This document shows, in pieces, positions 26,668-38,520 of a stretch of 64,000 bases of DNA (positions within the stretch are counted from its first letter, which is position 1; each line of letters begins with the position of its first letter). The notes under the pieces are model-generated. The model had not been told where the DNA came from. It saw only the letters and a list, made by a program, of their open reading frames with translations, and did no database searches. A program made the translations under genes and the position numbers. Origin of the DNA: Octopus sinensis (lineage: Eukaryota); contig NC_043026.1 of assembly GCF_006345805.1 (NCBI RefSeq), positions 12,751,579 through 12,815,578 on the forward strand, read 5' to 3'.

Positions 26668-26949
26668 ACAAGAAAAAAGCAGCAAGAATGGATTAGTTGT
26701 TCAGTACAATTGTTTCATACAAAGAACAGATTTATTAAAAGCTGCAAATACAAGTGTCCCGTATTCATCAGCCAAAACACATATGAGTTTACCAAACCCC
26801 CTAGGATGTTTGGAAAACTCATATGTGTTTTGGCTGATGAATACAGGACACTTGTATTTGCTGCAATATTTGCAGCTTTAAATAAATCTGTTCTTCGTAT
26901 GAAACAATTGTACTGAACAACTGATCCATTCTTGTTGCTTTTTTCTTGT
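26668..26949. mobile_element. Near-perfect inverted repeat (~130-bp arms), probable Penelope-like element LTR pair with hammerhead-like motifs
   Basis: 26668-26797 is the reverse complement of 26806-26949; each arm has CTGATGA-ATAC...GTAT-GAAA-CAATTG-TA; absent from the mirror arm. Confidence 0.6.
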
Positions 26950-27223
26950 TTATAATCACCCCACATTATTTTATGGTTAATACCATAAAGATTTCTGGTG
27001 CATATAAGTTAAGTACCACATTCATGTGAATTCATTGGAACTCACTTGAATCTTAATTATTTTACTGAAAAGAATATATACATATATATATATAATATAT
27101 TAAATTAGAGACAAAACCACTATTAGGCAAATCATATAATATATTACTATAAAATTGGATTTAATCCTAAATCTGATTTTTCCCTGTAAGTTTGGATTTA
27201 TTCCCTAATATTTATTATTATTA

Positions 27224-28163
27224 TCTGTCCTTGGTCCCCTCTTGTTTGTGGCATACATTAACGACATAGATGCCAATTTAAAGAATGCCACAGTATTGAA
27301 ATATGCAAACGACATCAAGCTGTACCTTGAAATCAAGAGGACAGATCCTGATGTCTACAACTCTTTCCTGCAATCAGACCTAGACACAATGCAGCAATGG
27401 ATCACAGACTGGCAACTGAAACTGGCTGTGGACAAGTGTACCACCATGCATTTTGGGAGAAAAAACCCTGCGTTCACATATTCCCTCCACATCACTGATA
27501 TCAAGAAATCCTCTTGCGAGCGTGACCTAGGCATCACTGTCAGCAGTGATTTGCGTTGGACAAAGCATATCTCTAAAATTGTCAAGAAGGCCGAGGGTGT
27601 CTTGGCATCACTCAGCAGGTCTTTTGTTAGCCGCTCCCCAGCCATCTATTTAAAACTGTATACAGCTATGGTACGACCACACTTGGAATTCGCATCATCA
27701 GTTTGGAACCCCTATCTTGCACAGAACATTGACCTCCTGGAATCTGTCCAGAGACGTGCAACCAAACGCATACCCTCCATCAGACACCTACCATATTCTG
27801 AGCGCCTTGTTTCCCTGGGCATGGATTCACTGAAGCTCCGGCATCTGGCGACGGACTTGGTAAACACCCACAAGGTTATCAACCACCTCACCAACAACAA
27901 CACTGAACACCTTTTTGATCTCCATGTGTCTAACACACGTGGACATGCCTACAAAGTCAGAAAACAACACAGCTCCCATGACTTTCGGAAACATTTTTTC
28001 ACGCTGAGAGTTGCTGAAGCATGGAACAAACTGCCTGCGTCAGTTGTTGACTGCCATGACACTGCATCTTTTAAGGCCCTCATGCTTTCTGAAATCCGCC
28101 GAAACTACACCTGATTATATATACACTTTAGATGAGTTGTAGTGCACCTGAGCACTGTACACA

Positions 28164-28195
<32 letters not shown>
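27224..28195 (+). mobile_element. 5'-truncated CR1-clade LINE (RT C-terminal half to 3' tail), left arm only
   Basis: Open frame SVLGPLLFVAYIND...YAND(YADD)...ERDLG...VRPHLEF...LESVQRRATK...WNKLP; (ATT)n tail; lies within a (TA)n tract that is uninterrupted at 45809-45846. Confidence 0.93.
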
Positions 28196-28229
<34 letters not shown>

Positions 28230-28707
28230 GCACATACATTGGATGAGGAGAGCTGTGTAAATAAAGTACCACTCCCAAACAGTTGAATGAATCCGGGGTT
28301 GAGGTAGCCCCAGGAAGACATGGGATGAGGTAGTGAAGCATGGCCTTTGAACATTATGCCTCACAGAGGCAATGACAAAAAAACCGAGACCTCTGGAGAT
28401 ATGCTGCGACTGCGAAGAACTGGCAAACAAAGTGCCATTTCTCATAAGGTCCACTGCGACAAGAATACTCGTGCAATTCATTGATGCAATTTCGACTGTG
28501 AATCGATTTTACGTTTGTAAAATAGGAAATTAGGCCGTGTTGTGTTGAGGGTCTCATTCCGTCTGTTCTTTGGTGAAACTTAGTCTAACTTTGGAAGATT
28601 CTGCTCAACATCGCTCACTGAAGCGTAGTGTTGTGTGCTCTGGAGGAGGAAAACAATCCGAATTAGATATGACCAGAGAAGGGGGAGGCAGCAAGGAAGG
28701 CCACAGT

Positions 28708-28870
28708 CGTCCCTCAGGACCCACAAAGTGTAAAGATGAAAACCTGGTCATCTTATACACGGTATAAGTATTCCCGGATTTCTGGAAGCCGGATAAGAGA
28801 TCCGGCACCTACGATCGATCGATCGATAGATAGGTGTGGATATCTTACTTGTTATGCTACACAAATCAAT
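28708..28870 (-). repeat. Single shortened intron-1 VNTR unit of ZNF4
   Basis: Internally deleted version of the 237-bp unit; mirrored at 45172-45372. Confidence 0.75.
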
Positions 28871-28897
28871 ATTTAGAGTGAAAATATGTTTACTCAC

Positions 28898-29011
28898 CTC
28901 AAAATCTCCGTGAAAAACAAACAAAAACACTTTACGGTTCTTCTCCCGCGTCAGGCAGGATGTAGCGGAAACGGAAGTGTGGGGTGTCATGTGACAAAAG
29001 TAATCCGCCCC
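28898..29011 (-). promoter_or_regulatory. ZNF4 proximal promoter / exon 1
   Basis: GC box TCCGCCCC (29004-29011), GTCATGTGAC (28986-28995), GCGGAAACGGAAGT (28965-28978), GGAGATTTTGAG|GTGAGT donor. Confidence 0.72.
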
Positions 29012-29214
29012 CTCTTTCGATCTGCGGGGATCCCCCCCCCCGTCCCCAGAACCAACTCCTTAAGGGATACTTATTCCCTCCGCTCCAAAAGGGGAGGAGG
29101 AAATAGGGACTATGAAAACTCTGCGCTCGATATAATCGTCTCGTCCCCTTCTCCCCAAATCGCTCCCTTCTGGCAAAATTTGAAACCCTTATTTCATAAT
29201 AATAATAATAATAA

Positions 29215-29400
29215 CGAAATTATTGTATCCAGGGCTCAGGTGCCCCACAACCTGTCAGAAAGTGTGTAATAAAGCATATGGAGTAATGTAGAAATGCCTG
29301 GGAAGCGAACAGTGTATGAGTCAGATACGTGTTTGTGTGTGTATGGAGGGGAGAAAGATCAGGTGTAGTGTTGGTGAATCTCAGGAAGCATGGAATATTA
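29215..29400 (-). mobile_element. CR1-like 3' UTR fragment with (ATT)n tail
   Basis: Matches 18690-18860; mirrored at 44640-44845. Confidence 0.75.
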
Positions 29401-29636
29401 TGATCAATAATTGCTAAGAGGCTAAATTACGGTATGGGTACCGTTGCAGTCAAACTGGTGAACATTCTTTTGTTTACATTTGAAGAAGAAGATCGTTGCT
29501 CACCGTAAAAATTTCTATTTTTTTTATATATGTGGGATGGGGGAAGGGTGTCTTTTTCAAGTCGGCATATTCCCGGATTTCTGGAAGCCAGGTAAGAGGT
29601 CCGGCACGTATGATCAATCGATAGATAGGTATGTAA

Positions 29637-29855
29637 AGGCGGCGAGCTGGCAGAATCGTTAGCACGCCGGGCGAAATGTGTAGCCGTATTTCGTCCGCCG
29701 CTACGTTCTGGGTTCAAATTCCGCCGAGGTCGACTTTGCCTTTCATCCTTTCGGGGTCGATAAATAAAGTACCAGCTATCCACTGGGGTCGATGTAATCG
29801 ACTTAATGCCTTTCTTTGTCCCCTCTATGTTTAGCCCCTTGTGGGCAATAAATAA
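29637..29855 (+). mobile_element. SINE family B, near full length
   Basis: tRNA-like head GGCGGCGAGCTGGCAGAATCG...GGGTTCAAATTCC, core GGTCGACTTTGCCTTTCATCC. Confidence 0.85.
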
Positions 29856-29903
29856 ATATATGCTATACAAATCAATATTTAGTGTGAAAATATATTTACT
29901 CAC

Positions 29904-30000
29904 ACCAAAATCTCCGTGTAAAACATACAAAAATATGTTATTGATATTCTCCTGGGTGAAACAGGTTGTAACGGAAAACACTCGGCGAGAAACGGAAGAA
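29904..30000 (-). promoter_or_regulatory. Second (distal) exon-1-like module of ZNF4
   Basis: GGAGATTTTGGT|GTGAGT donor at 29903; CGGAA motifs retained, E-box lost; mirrored at 43785-43886. Confidence 0.5.
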
Positions 30001-30144
30001 AATTTGAAGAAAGAAGGAAAAAAATAGTAATAATATTTTGATGCAAATCACCATGGTTACTGTGGTTAATATCTTGGCTGTGATAAACGCATCTTTGTTG
30101 TTCCCAGCAACGGCCTTGGTGGCCATGTTCTTAAAGAAATTACT

Positions 30145-30343
30145 CTCTTTTATTTGTTTCAGTCATTTGACTGCGGCCATGCTGGAGCACCGCCTTTAGT
30201 CGAGCAAATCGACCCCGGGACTTATTCTTTTGTAAGCCCAGTACTTATTCTATCGGTCTCTTTTTGCCGAACCACTAAGTGACGGGGACGTAAAGACACC
30301 AGCATCGGTTCTCAAGCGATGTTGAGTGGGCGGACAAACACAG

Positions 30344-30396
<53 letters not shown>

Positions 30397-30555
30397 CATA
30401 TATATGACAGGCTTCTTTCAGTTTCCGTCACAAGGCACTGGTCGGTCTGGGGCTATAGCAGAAGACACTTGCCCAAGATGCCACGCAGTGAGGCTGAACC
30501 CCGAACCATGTGGTTAGTTAGCAAGCTACTTACCACACAGCCACTCCTGCGCCTA
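30145..30555 (-). mobile_element. SINE family A, left arm only
   Basis: Full-length reverse copy with no counterpart at the mirror position. Confidence 0.85.
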
Positions 30556-30867
30556 TATATATATTTTATATTTTTCGTTCCAGCACACGATCTCAGATCA
30601 GGTCACTTGCTATGCAAGTACATCTCCATAATAAAAATATATATCATCCTTTCCCTGAACAGCCACCTCAGGGGCACCCAACAAGTTGAAGGGGCTCACT
30701 CACTCGCTATAGAGTAACTACTCAGACACGAGTCAGCGCCACCAATGATGATATACATATTGTCATGATAATGGAATTGCTTTTATTTTTACTCCTGAAT
30801 ATTTTGGAAGATTTAAAAGCAGAAGTTTCTAAGCAGCCATGGATCCAATTATTGCTAAGCGTTCGCT

Positions 30868-31110
30868 TCATCATCATCATCATCGTTTAACATCCGTTTT
30901 CCGCGCTAGCACGGGTTGATGGTTCGACCGGGGATCTGGGAAGCCAGGGGCTGCACCAGAATCCAGTCTGATCTGGCAGTATTTCTACAGCTGGATGCCC
31001 TTCCTAACGCCAACCACTCCATGAGTGTAGTGGGTGCTTCTTACGTGCCACTGGCACAAGTGCCAGGGGAGTCTGGCAGCGGCTACGATCGGTTGGTGCT
31101 ATTAACAATT
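30868..31110 (-). mobile_element. SINE family C 3' part with (GAT)n tail
   Basis: GTTGGCGTTAGGAAGGGCATCCAGC core, (GAT)n tail like the RTE; mirrored at 41945-42187. Confidence 0.7.
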
Positions 31111-31293
31111 TCATAAAATTGACATGGCTTAATACTTTGTCCGCATCAGCATTTATAAGTGGTACAATTAGAAGTATCAAAATTAACTTAAATATTCATC
31201 GTCTGAAAGTCTCCACTTTTGGATGTGTGCATGTATATATATATGTACATACATACATATATATGTATATACATACATATATATGTATATACA

Positions 31294-31510
31294 TAGGCGC
31301 AGGAGTGGCTCTGTGGTAAGTAGCTTGCTTACCAGCCACATGGTTCTGGGTTCAGTCCCTCTGCATGGCATCTTGGGCAAGTGTCTTCTGCTATAGCCTC
31401 GGGCCGACCAATGCCTTGTGAGTGGATTTGGTAGACGGAAACTGAAAGAAGCCTGTCATATATATGGTTATATATATATGTGTGTGTGTATGTGTTTGCC
31501 CCTCTAGCAT
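31294..31510 (+). mobile_element. SINE family A 5' half
   Basis: Head AGGCGCAGGAGTGGCT; mirrored at 41520-41740. Confidence 0.85.
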
Positions 31511-31536
31511 TGAACAAATTTCAACTATATATATAT

Positions 31537-32010
31537 CATCATCATCATCATCATTTAGCGTCCGCTTTCCATGCTAGCATGGGTTGGACAGTTCAACTGG
31601 GGTCTGGGAAGCCAGAAGGCTGCACCAGGCCCAGTCTGATCTGGCAATGTTTCAACGGCTGGATGGCCTTCCTAACGCCAACCACTCCGTGAGTATAGTG
31701 GGTGCTCTTTACGTGGCTGGTGGGGGCTAAACACAGAGGGGCCAAACAAGGACAGACAAAGGGATTAAGTCAATTACATCGACCCCAGTGCGAAACTGGT
31801 GCTTTACTTATCGACCCCGAAAGGATGAAAGGCAAAGTCGACCTCGGCAGAATTTGAACTCAGGTCAACTTTGTCTTTCATCCTTTCGGGGTCGATAAAT
31901 AAAGTACCAGTTTCGCACTGGGGTCGATGTAATCGACTTAATCCCTTTGTCTATCCTTGTTTGTTCCCTCAGTGTTTAGCCCCTTGTGGGTAGTAAAGAA
32001 ATATATATAT
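31537..32010. mobile_element. SINE family C fragment plus back-to-back SINE family B fragments
   Basis: (CAT)n-flanked family C piece at 31537-31715, inverted family B pieces at 31725-32010; mirrored at 41035-41500. Confidence 0.7.
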
Positions 32011-32266
32011 AGTTGAAATTTACAGAAAAGCAAAACACAAAGACGGGTGTGTGAACAAGCAAGTTTATTGGTTTCAAACACAGGAAAGTGAGAGTCTTTT
32101 ATGTTTCAAGCCTATGCTCTTCAGCAGAGAGGAAAAAGAGAAAATAAACAGAGAGAGAGAGAGAGAAAAGAAAAGAAAAAGATTTAGCGGTCAAGTATGA
32201 CAGGAGAGGTAGAAAGAATATATTGTTTGCTGTTGGGTGTTTTAATGAATTTTGACAACGATATAA

Positions 32267-33382
32267 TCAAACTTTTACATGGATGGATGCATGCCTGGTT
32301 AAGTTACTTCTCTGAGAGAATGATTTACCACAGACATCACATTGATACGGTCTCTCCCCTGTATGAATACGTTTGTGACTAGTTAAGCTGTTATTCTCAG
32401 AGAATGATTTACCACAGATGTCACAATGATATGGTTTTTCTCCCGTATGAGTACGTCTATGTTTAGTCAAGTCACCATCTCGAGAGAATGATTTACCACA
32501 GACATCACATTGAAATGGCTTTTCTCCAGTGTGAATAACCTTGTGTTGACTTAAACAAGAAATTCTAGAGAATGATTTACCACAGACATCACAATTATAT
32601 GGTCTTTCTCCTGTATGAGTACGTTTGTGTTGAGTGAAGTCACCAATTCGAGAGAATGATTTATCGCAGACATCACATTGAAATGGCTTTTCTCCAGTGT
32701 GAATACATTTGTGTTGAATTAAATAGGAGGTTGTCGAGAATGATTTACCACAGATAACACAATGATATGGTTTTTCTCCCGTATGAGTACGTGTGTGTGT
32801 AGTCAGGTCACTACTCCCACAGAATGATTTACCACAGACATCACAGTGAAATGGTTTTTCTCCTGTGTGAATACGCATGTGTTTAGTTAAGCTACATTTT
32901 GTAGAAAGTGTTTTACCACAGACATCACAGTGATATGGTGTCTCCCCTGTATGAATACATTTGTGTTTAGTTAAGTTTTTCTTTTCAGAGAATGATTCAC
33001 CACAGACATCACACTCGTATGGTTTCTCACCTGTATGAATACGTATGTGTTTAGTTAAATTGTTCTTTTCAGAGAATGATTGACCACAGGTATCACAGTG
33101 AAATGGCTTCTCACCTGTATGAATATATTTGTGTCTAATTAAGCTATCTTTTGTAGAAAATGATCTACCACAGATAACACAGCGATGTGGTTTCTCTCCT
33201 GTATGAATACGTATGTGTTTAATTAAGTTACCGTTTTGACAGAATGATTTACCACAGGTAACACAGCGAAATGGTTTCTCACCTGTATGAACACGAATGT
33301 GTTTAACCAAGTTACTATTTGTAGAGAATGATTTACCACAAATTTTACAATGATATCCTAATTTTCCTAATGCTTTTGACAT
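32267..33382 (-). CDS. ZNF5: C2H2 zinc-finger protein, 13 fingers, 371 aa
   Basis: ATG at 33382; acceptor at 33809-33811; no cognate GTGAGT exon 1 found upstream. Confidence 0.9.
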   Translation of the reverse strand: MSKALGKLGYHCKICGKSFSTNSNLVKHIRVHTGEKPFRCVTCGKSFCQNGNLIKHIRIHTGEKPHRCVICGRSFSTKDSLIRHKYIHTGEKPFHCDTCGQSFSEKNNLTKHIRIHTGEKPYECDVCGESFSEKKNLTKHKCIHTGETPYHCDVCGKTLSTKCSLTKHMRIHTGEKPFHCDVCGKSFCGSSDLTTHTRTHTGEKPYHCVICGKSFSTTSYLIQHKCIHTGEKPFQCDVCDKSFSRIGDFTQHKRTHTGERPYNCDVCGKSFSRISCLSQHKVIHTGEKPFQCDVCGKSFSRDGDLTKHRRTHTGEKPYHCDICGKSFSENNSLTSHKRIHTGERPYQCDVCGKSFSQRSNLTRHASIHVKV

Positions 33383-34153
33383 TTTTCTAAGGGATACAAA
33401 CAGACCCAACCATTGAAGTTTCTCACAGTATTAAATTTTCCCCTTATCTTTCTTCTCTCACCACAGAATGTAATTTTCTTATTCTCGTTCTTGTAATTTA
33501 TTCCTTGGAAATATTTCAACTGTTATCAACCTTGATTTTATTGATATCCAAAATTCTGCAAACTCCCTTTGTAAATATATTCAAGTTTAATTAGAATGCA
33601 AAAGCCCCAGATAACGAGATGGGCAAATGTTGCTATGAATCTTCACTCAGGGCAAATATTTCACAGTAATTCAATCCTGGATTTATAGCAGTTGGGTTAT
33701 TATATCTGTTCTCTAAAACGTTTTCCTTTCGTCTTCAAAAAAACATGGTAAATATTCCAGATGTCTCCAATGAACAAAAGTCGTTTTGTGCCAATGTCAT
33801 CTGTGAATCTGAAATAATAAAGAAACAATATTTAGATTTAGAGGAGAGATCAAAAGAGAAATGTTACAACATTTCTTTATTAATTAACAAATGACATCAT
33901 ATAACATTGGGTGAAATGTAAAAATTTGTAAACCACAATTACACATGCACATTGAGTGTGTATGTATATGTGTATATACATACATATATGTAAAGAATTT
34001 AAGTATTTATACACGAAAGAGGTGGCCTTTCCCAGGACACCTTACATGCTAGAAAGGGCAGTCAAAGCCCAAATCACGAATAAAAGCACTTTCAAAAGGA
34101 ATGAAAATATAAAATATTTTTGTAGTTATCCTCACAACTACACCTAGACATTG

Positions 34154-34184
<31 letters not shown>

Positions 34185-34452
34185 CACGTGACCGACAAGT
34201 CCATCAGATGTAGTTACACATCGCTGGTCACAATGCGTTCGCATTGTTTTAGCCTTCGAATGACGCCACCCCGCTGGAACAGAAGGAAGAGTGGTGAAAG
34301 AGTACAGCAGGGATCGCCACCACCCCCTGCCGGAGCCTCGTGGAGCTTTTAGGTGTTTTCGGTCAATAAACACTCACAACGCCCGGTCTGGGAATCGAAA
34401 CCGCGATCCTACGACTTCGAGTCCGCTGCTCCTAACCACTGGGCCATTGCGC

Positions 34453-34454
<2 letters not shown>
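34185..34454 (-). mobile_element. tRNA-derived SINE (family D)
   Basis: Minus-strand head GGCGCAATGGCCCAGTGG (A box) ... GGTTTCGATTCCC (B box), non-tRNA body. Confidence 0.8.
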
Positions 34455-34503
<49 letters not shown>

Positions 34504-34789
34504 AATATATATACACAAAAGTGGTAACCTTTGATAGGACACCTTACATGCTAGAAAGGGCAGTCAAAGCCCAACCCACGAATAAAAGCAAATTCAAAGG
34601 GAATGAAAATGAATTAATTTGCTATCCATACATCATCAGTGCCATGGATTTGAAGATTATAATGCACAAGTATGCAGCACGCGTGATTTTGGTGCAATTT
34701 GCTGCATAAATCTGCATTAATCTGATGAAGTACGGATTGAAAATTTATTTATTTGCAAATTGAAACAGAAAATTGAGTTTGAGGGTAAC

Positions 34790-35280
34790 TACAAAAATAT
34801 TTTGGCGATCTTTCGTCTCTAGTAGACCTTTCCGTCGATTTCCGTAAAAAAAATTTTTTTGTTACATATGGGCTTGCGGGAACTTTTGAAGTAATATACA
34901 TACATATACACACATACATAGATACATACACACACACACATACATGCATACATACATATACACATACACCGAGTAAAAAATTTTAGTTATCTCTTTATTT
35001 CACACATTACTCTGTCTCTTCACACACACTAACAGAAGCACTTCACTTACACAACATACTGCCTGTCTCCCACACCCCACCAAACACACACACACACACA
35101 TGTACATCAATGCTTCCCCTGAACGGTAACTTCAAAAGAACTTCCCTCGTCATACAATCGCTTTCTCTTAGTCTCTTTCGCTCTCATAACTTGAAAAGTT
35201 CCCGCAAGCCCATGTGTAAAAAAAAAAAATTTTTTACGGAAATCGACGGAAAGCTCTACAAGAGACGAAAGATTGCCAAT
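34790..35280. mobile_element. MITE/HINE-like element with subterminal inverted repeats and (CATA/CA)n core
   Basis: TTCCGTCGATTTCCGTAAAA...GGGCTTGCGGGAACTTTT vs AAAAGTTCCCGCAAGCCC...TTTTACGGAAATCGACGGAA; related element at 61530-61990; outer inverted repeat 33990-34120 vs 35280-35400. Confidence 0.65.
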
Positions 35281-35681
35281 ATTTTATATTTTCATTCCTT
35301 TTGAAATTGCTTTTATTCGTGGTTTGGGCTTTGACTGCCCTTTCTAGCATGTAAGGTGTCCTGGGAAAGGGCATCCCTTTCGTGTATAAATACTTAAATT
35401 GCTCATACACTCCTCAATATGAACATACGTTGACTATTGACATTATTACTAAAATTATTCTAAATTTTCTACCTTTACCATTTTCACAGTATATATATAT
35501 CTGTAAATGTAATATGTGACTATTATTCGGTAGCCAAGATAAAACTCTGAGTTTCGGATGCCGAGGTGGAGATCCACAACACCTTCTCTTCGGTTGTCCG
35601 TCGATCGGAAAAATGACCATTTCCCTCCATTTATCGTAAGTTTTTTGGTTTTATTCACTAGAGAGCGTTGAGTTTATTGTT

Positions 35682-35779
35682 GTCATATGATACCCCGTAC
35701 TTCCGGTTCCGCTGCAGCTTTTTTGACTCTGGAGAAGAAACAAAACGTGTTTTTGTTTGTTTTTCACGGAGATTTTGAG
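35682..35779 (+). promoter_or_regulatory. ZNF6 promoter / exon 1
   Basis: GTCATATGAT variant E-box, ACTTCCGGTTCCGC (35699-35712), GGAGATTTTGAG|GTGAGT donor at 35780. Confidence 0.7.
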
Positions 35780-35807
35780 GTGAGTAAACATATTTTCACT
35801 CTAAATA

Positions 35808-36125
35808 TTGATTTGTGTAGCATAACGCGTAAGATATCCACACCTATCTATCGATCGATCGTAGGTGCCGGATCTCTTATCCGGCTTCCAGAAATCCGGG
35901 AATACTTATACCGTGTATCGAGTATTCGGTTCCGCCCTTCCTTTTTCTGAAGATGACCAGGTTTTCATCTTTACACTTTGTGGGTCCTGAGGGACTGTGG
36001 CCTTACTGTGGCCTTCCTTGCTGCCGCCCCCTTTCTTTTTCTGGAAGCCAGGTAAGAGGTCCGGCACCCCGATCGATAGATAGGTGTGGATATCTTACCT
36101 GTTATGCTTTACAAATCAATATTTA
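35808..36125. repeat. Intron-1 VNTR unit of ZNF6 followed by a fold-back inverted partial unit
   Basis: Plus-orientation unit to ~36030, then reverse-orientation copy of the unit start at 36040-36125. Confidence 0.75.
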
Positions 36126-36139
36126 GTGTGAAAATATAT

Positions 36140-36380
36140 ATATATATAATTAAATTATTGTATACATTGCCCAGGTGCACCACAACCTGTCAGAAAGTGC
36201 GTATAAAGCATATGCAGTAATGTACAATTGTCTGAGAAGTGAACAGTGTATGAGTCAGATACATGCTTGTGTGTGTATGGAGGGGAGAAAATCAGGTGTA
36301 GTGTTGGCGAATCTCAGGAAGCATGGAAGTTTTGAACGATGCAGTGTTCCGACAACTAACAACCGATGCCGGCAGTCTGT
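36140..36380 (-). mobile_element. CR1-like 3' end fragment
   Basis: Reverse complement of the 18640-18870-type sequence. Confidence 0.8.
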
Positions 36381-36388
36381 ATATATAT

Positions 36389-36459
<71 letters not shown>

Positions 36460-36794
36460 GTGTGATGGAGTAGTTGTAGTCTACAAATTTTCAGATTTCA
36501 CCTAAAGTTATTTGATGTCATTTGTTATTCAATATAGAAATGTCGTAACATTTCCGTATTGATCACCCCTCTCTATGTCTAATATTGTTTCTTTATTATT
36601 TCAGATTCACAGATGACATTGGCACATCTGTTGTACATTGGATACATCTGGAATATTTACCATGTTTTTTGAAGACCAAAAGAAAATGTTTTAGAGAACA
36701 GATATAATAACCCAACAGTTAGAAAGCTTTGAGCTGAGATTTATAGAAACATTACTCCCTTTCATTATCTGGTATGTTTGCATTCTAATTGAAC

Positions 36795-37913
36795 ATGTCA
36801 AAAGCGTTAGGGAAATTAGGATATCATTGTAAAATTTGTAGTAAATCATTCTCTACAAATAGTAATTTGGTTGAACACATTTGTGTTCAAACAGGTGAGA
36901 AGCCATTTCGCTGTGTTACCTGTGGTAAATCATTTTCTCACAATGTTAAATTAAGAACACACATACGTATTCATACAGGAGAGGAACCATATCACTGTGA
37001 TACCTGTGGTAGATCATTCTCTCAAAACGGCAACTTAAGAAAACACATGCGTATTCATACAGGTGAGAAACCATACCCCTGTGATACCTGTGGTAAATCA
37101 TTGTCTTCAAAGGGTAGCTTAATTGCACACAAATATATTCATACAGGTGAGCAGCCATTTCACTGTCATACCTGTGGTAAATCATTCTCTGCAAAAGACA
37201 GCTTAATTGCACACAAATATGTTCATACAGGTGAAAAGCCATTTCACTGTGATACCTGTGGTAAATCATTCTCTACGAATGGTAACTTAACAAGACACAA
37301 GCATTTCCATACAGGAGAAAAGCCATTTTCATGTGTCACCTGTGGTGAGTCATTCTCTACAAAAGATTACTTAATTTCGCACAAATATGTTCATACAGGT
37401 GAGAAACCATTTCACTGCGATACCTGTGGCAAATCATTCTCTCATGCCAGTAGCTTAAGTCAACACATACGTATTCATACAGGAGAAAAGCCATTTCACT
37501 GTGTTATCTGTGGTAAGTCAGTTTCTACCAAAGGGAGCTTAACTAAACACATCCGTACTCATACAGGTGAGAAACCATTTCACTGTGATGTCTGTGAAAA
37601 ATCTTTTTCTCGATTCGGTGACTTGACTACACACAGACGTATTCATACGGGAGAAAAACCATTTCACTGTGATGTCTGTGAAAAATCATTCTGCACAAGC
37701 TCTCATTTAATTCAACATAAACGTATTCACACTGGAGAAAAGCCATTTCACTGTGATGTCTGTGGTAAATCATTCTCTCGAATTGGTGACTTGACTAAAC
37801 ACAGACGTACTCATACGGGAGAAAAACCATATAATTGCGACATCTGTGGCAAAGCATTCTCTCAGAGCAGCAGCTTAACTAGTCACAAACGTATTCATAC
37901 AGGAGAGAGATGA
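36795..37913 (+). CDS. ZNF6: C2H2 zinc-finger protein, 13 fingers (first lacks its second His), 372 aa; last ancestral finger lost to nonsense changes
   Basis: ATG 36795; acceptor ends at 36604; after TGA the frame continues [25 protein letters not shown] to 37994. Confidence 0.9.
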   Translation: MSKALGKLGYHCKICSKSFSTNSNLVEHICVQTGEKPFRCVTCGKSFSHNVKLRTHIRIHTGEEPYHCDTCGRSFSQNGNLRKHMRIHTGEKPYPCDTCGKSLSSKGSLIAHKYIHTGEQPFHCHTCGKSFSAKDSLIAHKYVHTGEKPFHCDTCGKSFSTNGNLTRHKHFHTGEKPFSCVTCGESFSTKDYLISHKYVHTGEKPFHCDTCGKSFSHASSLSQHIRIHTGEKPFHCVICGKSVSTKGSLTKHIRTHTGEKPFHCDVCEKSFSRFGDLTTHRRIHTGEKPFHCDVCEKSFCTSSHLIQHKRIHTGEKPFHCDVCGKSFSRIGDLTKHRRTHTGEKPYNCDICGKAFSQSSSLTSHKRIHTGER

Positions 37914-38520
37914 TTTCACTAAGGTGCCTGTAGAAAGTCATTCTCTCAGAGAAGTAACTTAACTAGACATGCATCTATCCATGTAAAGGTGTGATTTGGA
38001 TCATTGTCAAAATTCATTAGAACACTGAACAATAGCCAATATTTTAAAACCATTTCCTCTGCTGAATCATGGCTTGACTATTCTGCCCTGAACAGTACTC
38101 ATTGACCCCTTCACAGCATGTTTCAAATGTAAACCTGCTTATATATCTATTCCATATAACATAGTTGAAGGACATAGGAAAGATACTGTTGTTATGTTTA
38201 ATGTTGGGGGCAAATATTAAGACCACAATCTGGGGCAGAGTTTTTGGCATGTCTGGTAAAATGTTTATCAGGATTTCATCTGTCTTTATAAAGTGAAGGA
38301 AAGGACCAAGATGAAGATTGTGTTTTGGAGCTGAGGAGAAAAGAAAGACAAGGAAATGTTGTTCTTTACACTCTGAAGTAGCGTGAGATTGTGGATAAAC
38401 CATTTCTTGAACTTGTGGTGAGCTTAGTGATAGAAAATCAACATAGGACCCTTACCAAGGACAAGAAACGGGATATTTTCACTGTACAAATTACATTTGT
38501 CATAAACATTTTGTGATGCA

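Noticed and set aside
27242-28114. Functional reverse transcriptase gene
   Set aside because: 5'-truncated inside the RT domain and the catalytic YADD reads YAND; a dead CR1 copy.
28570-28767. Recurrent ORF MVKLSLTLEDSAQHRSLKRSVVCSGG (also 45274, 55915, 62175)
   Set aside because: GTG-started, antisense to the ZNF intron and variable in length; explained by duplicated intron sequence.
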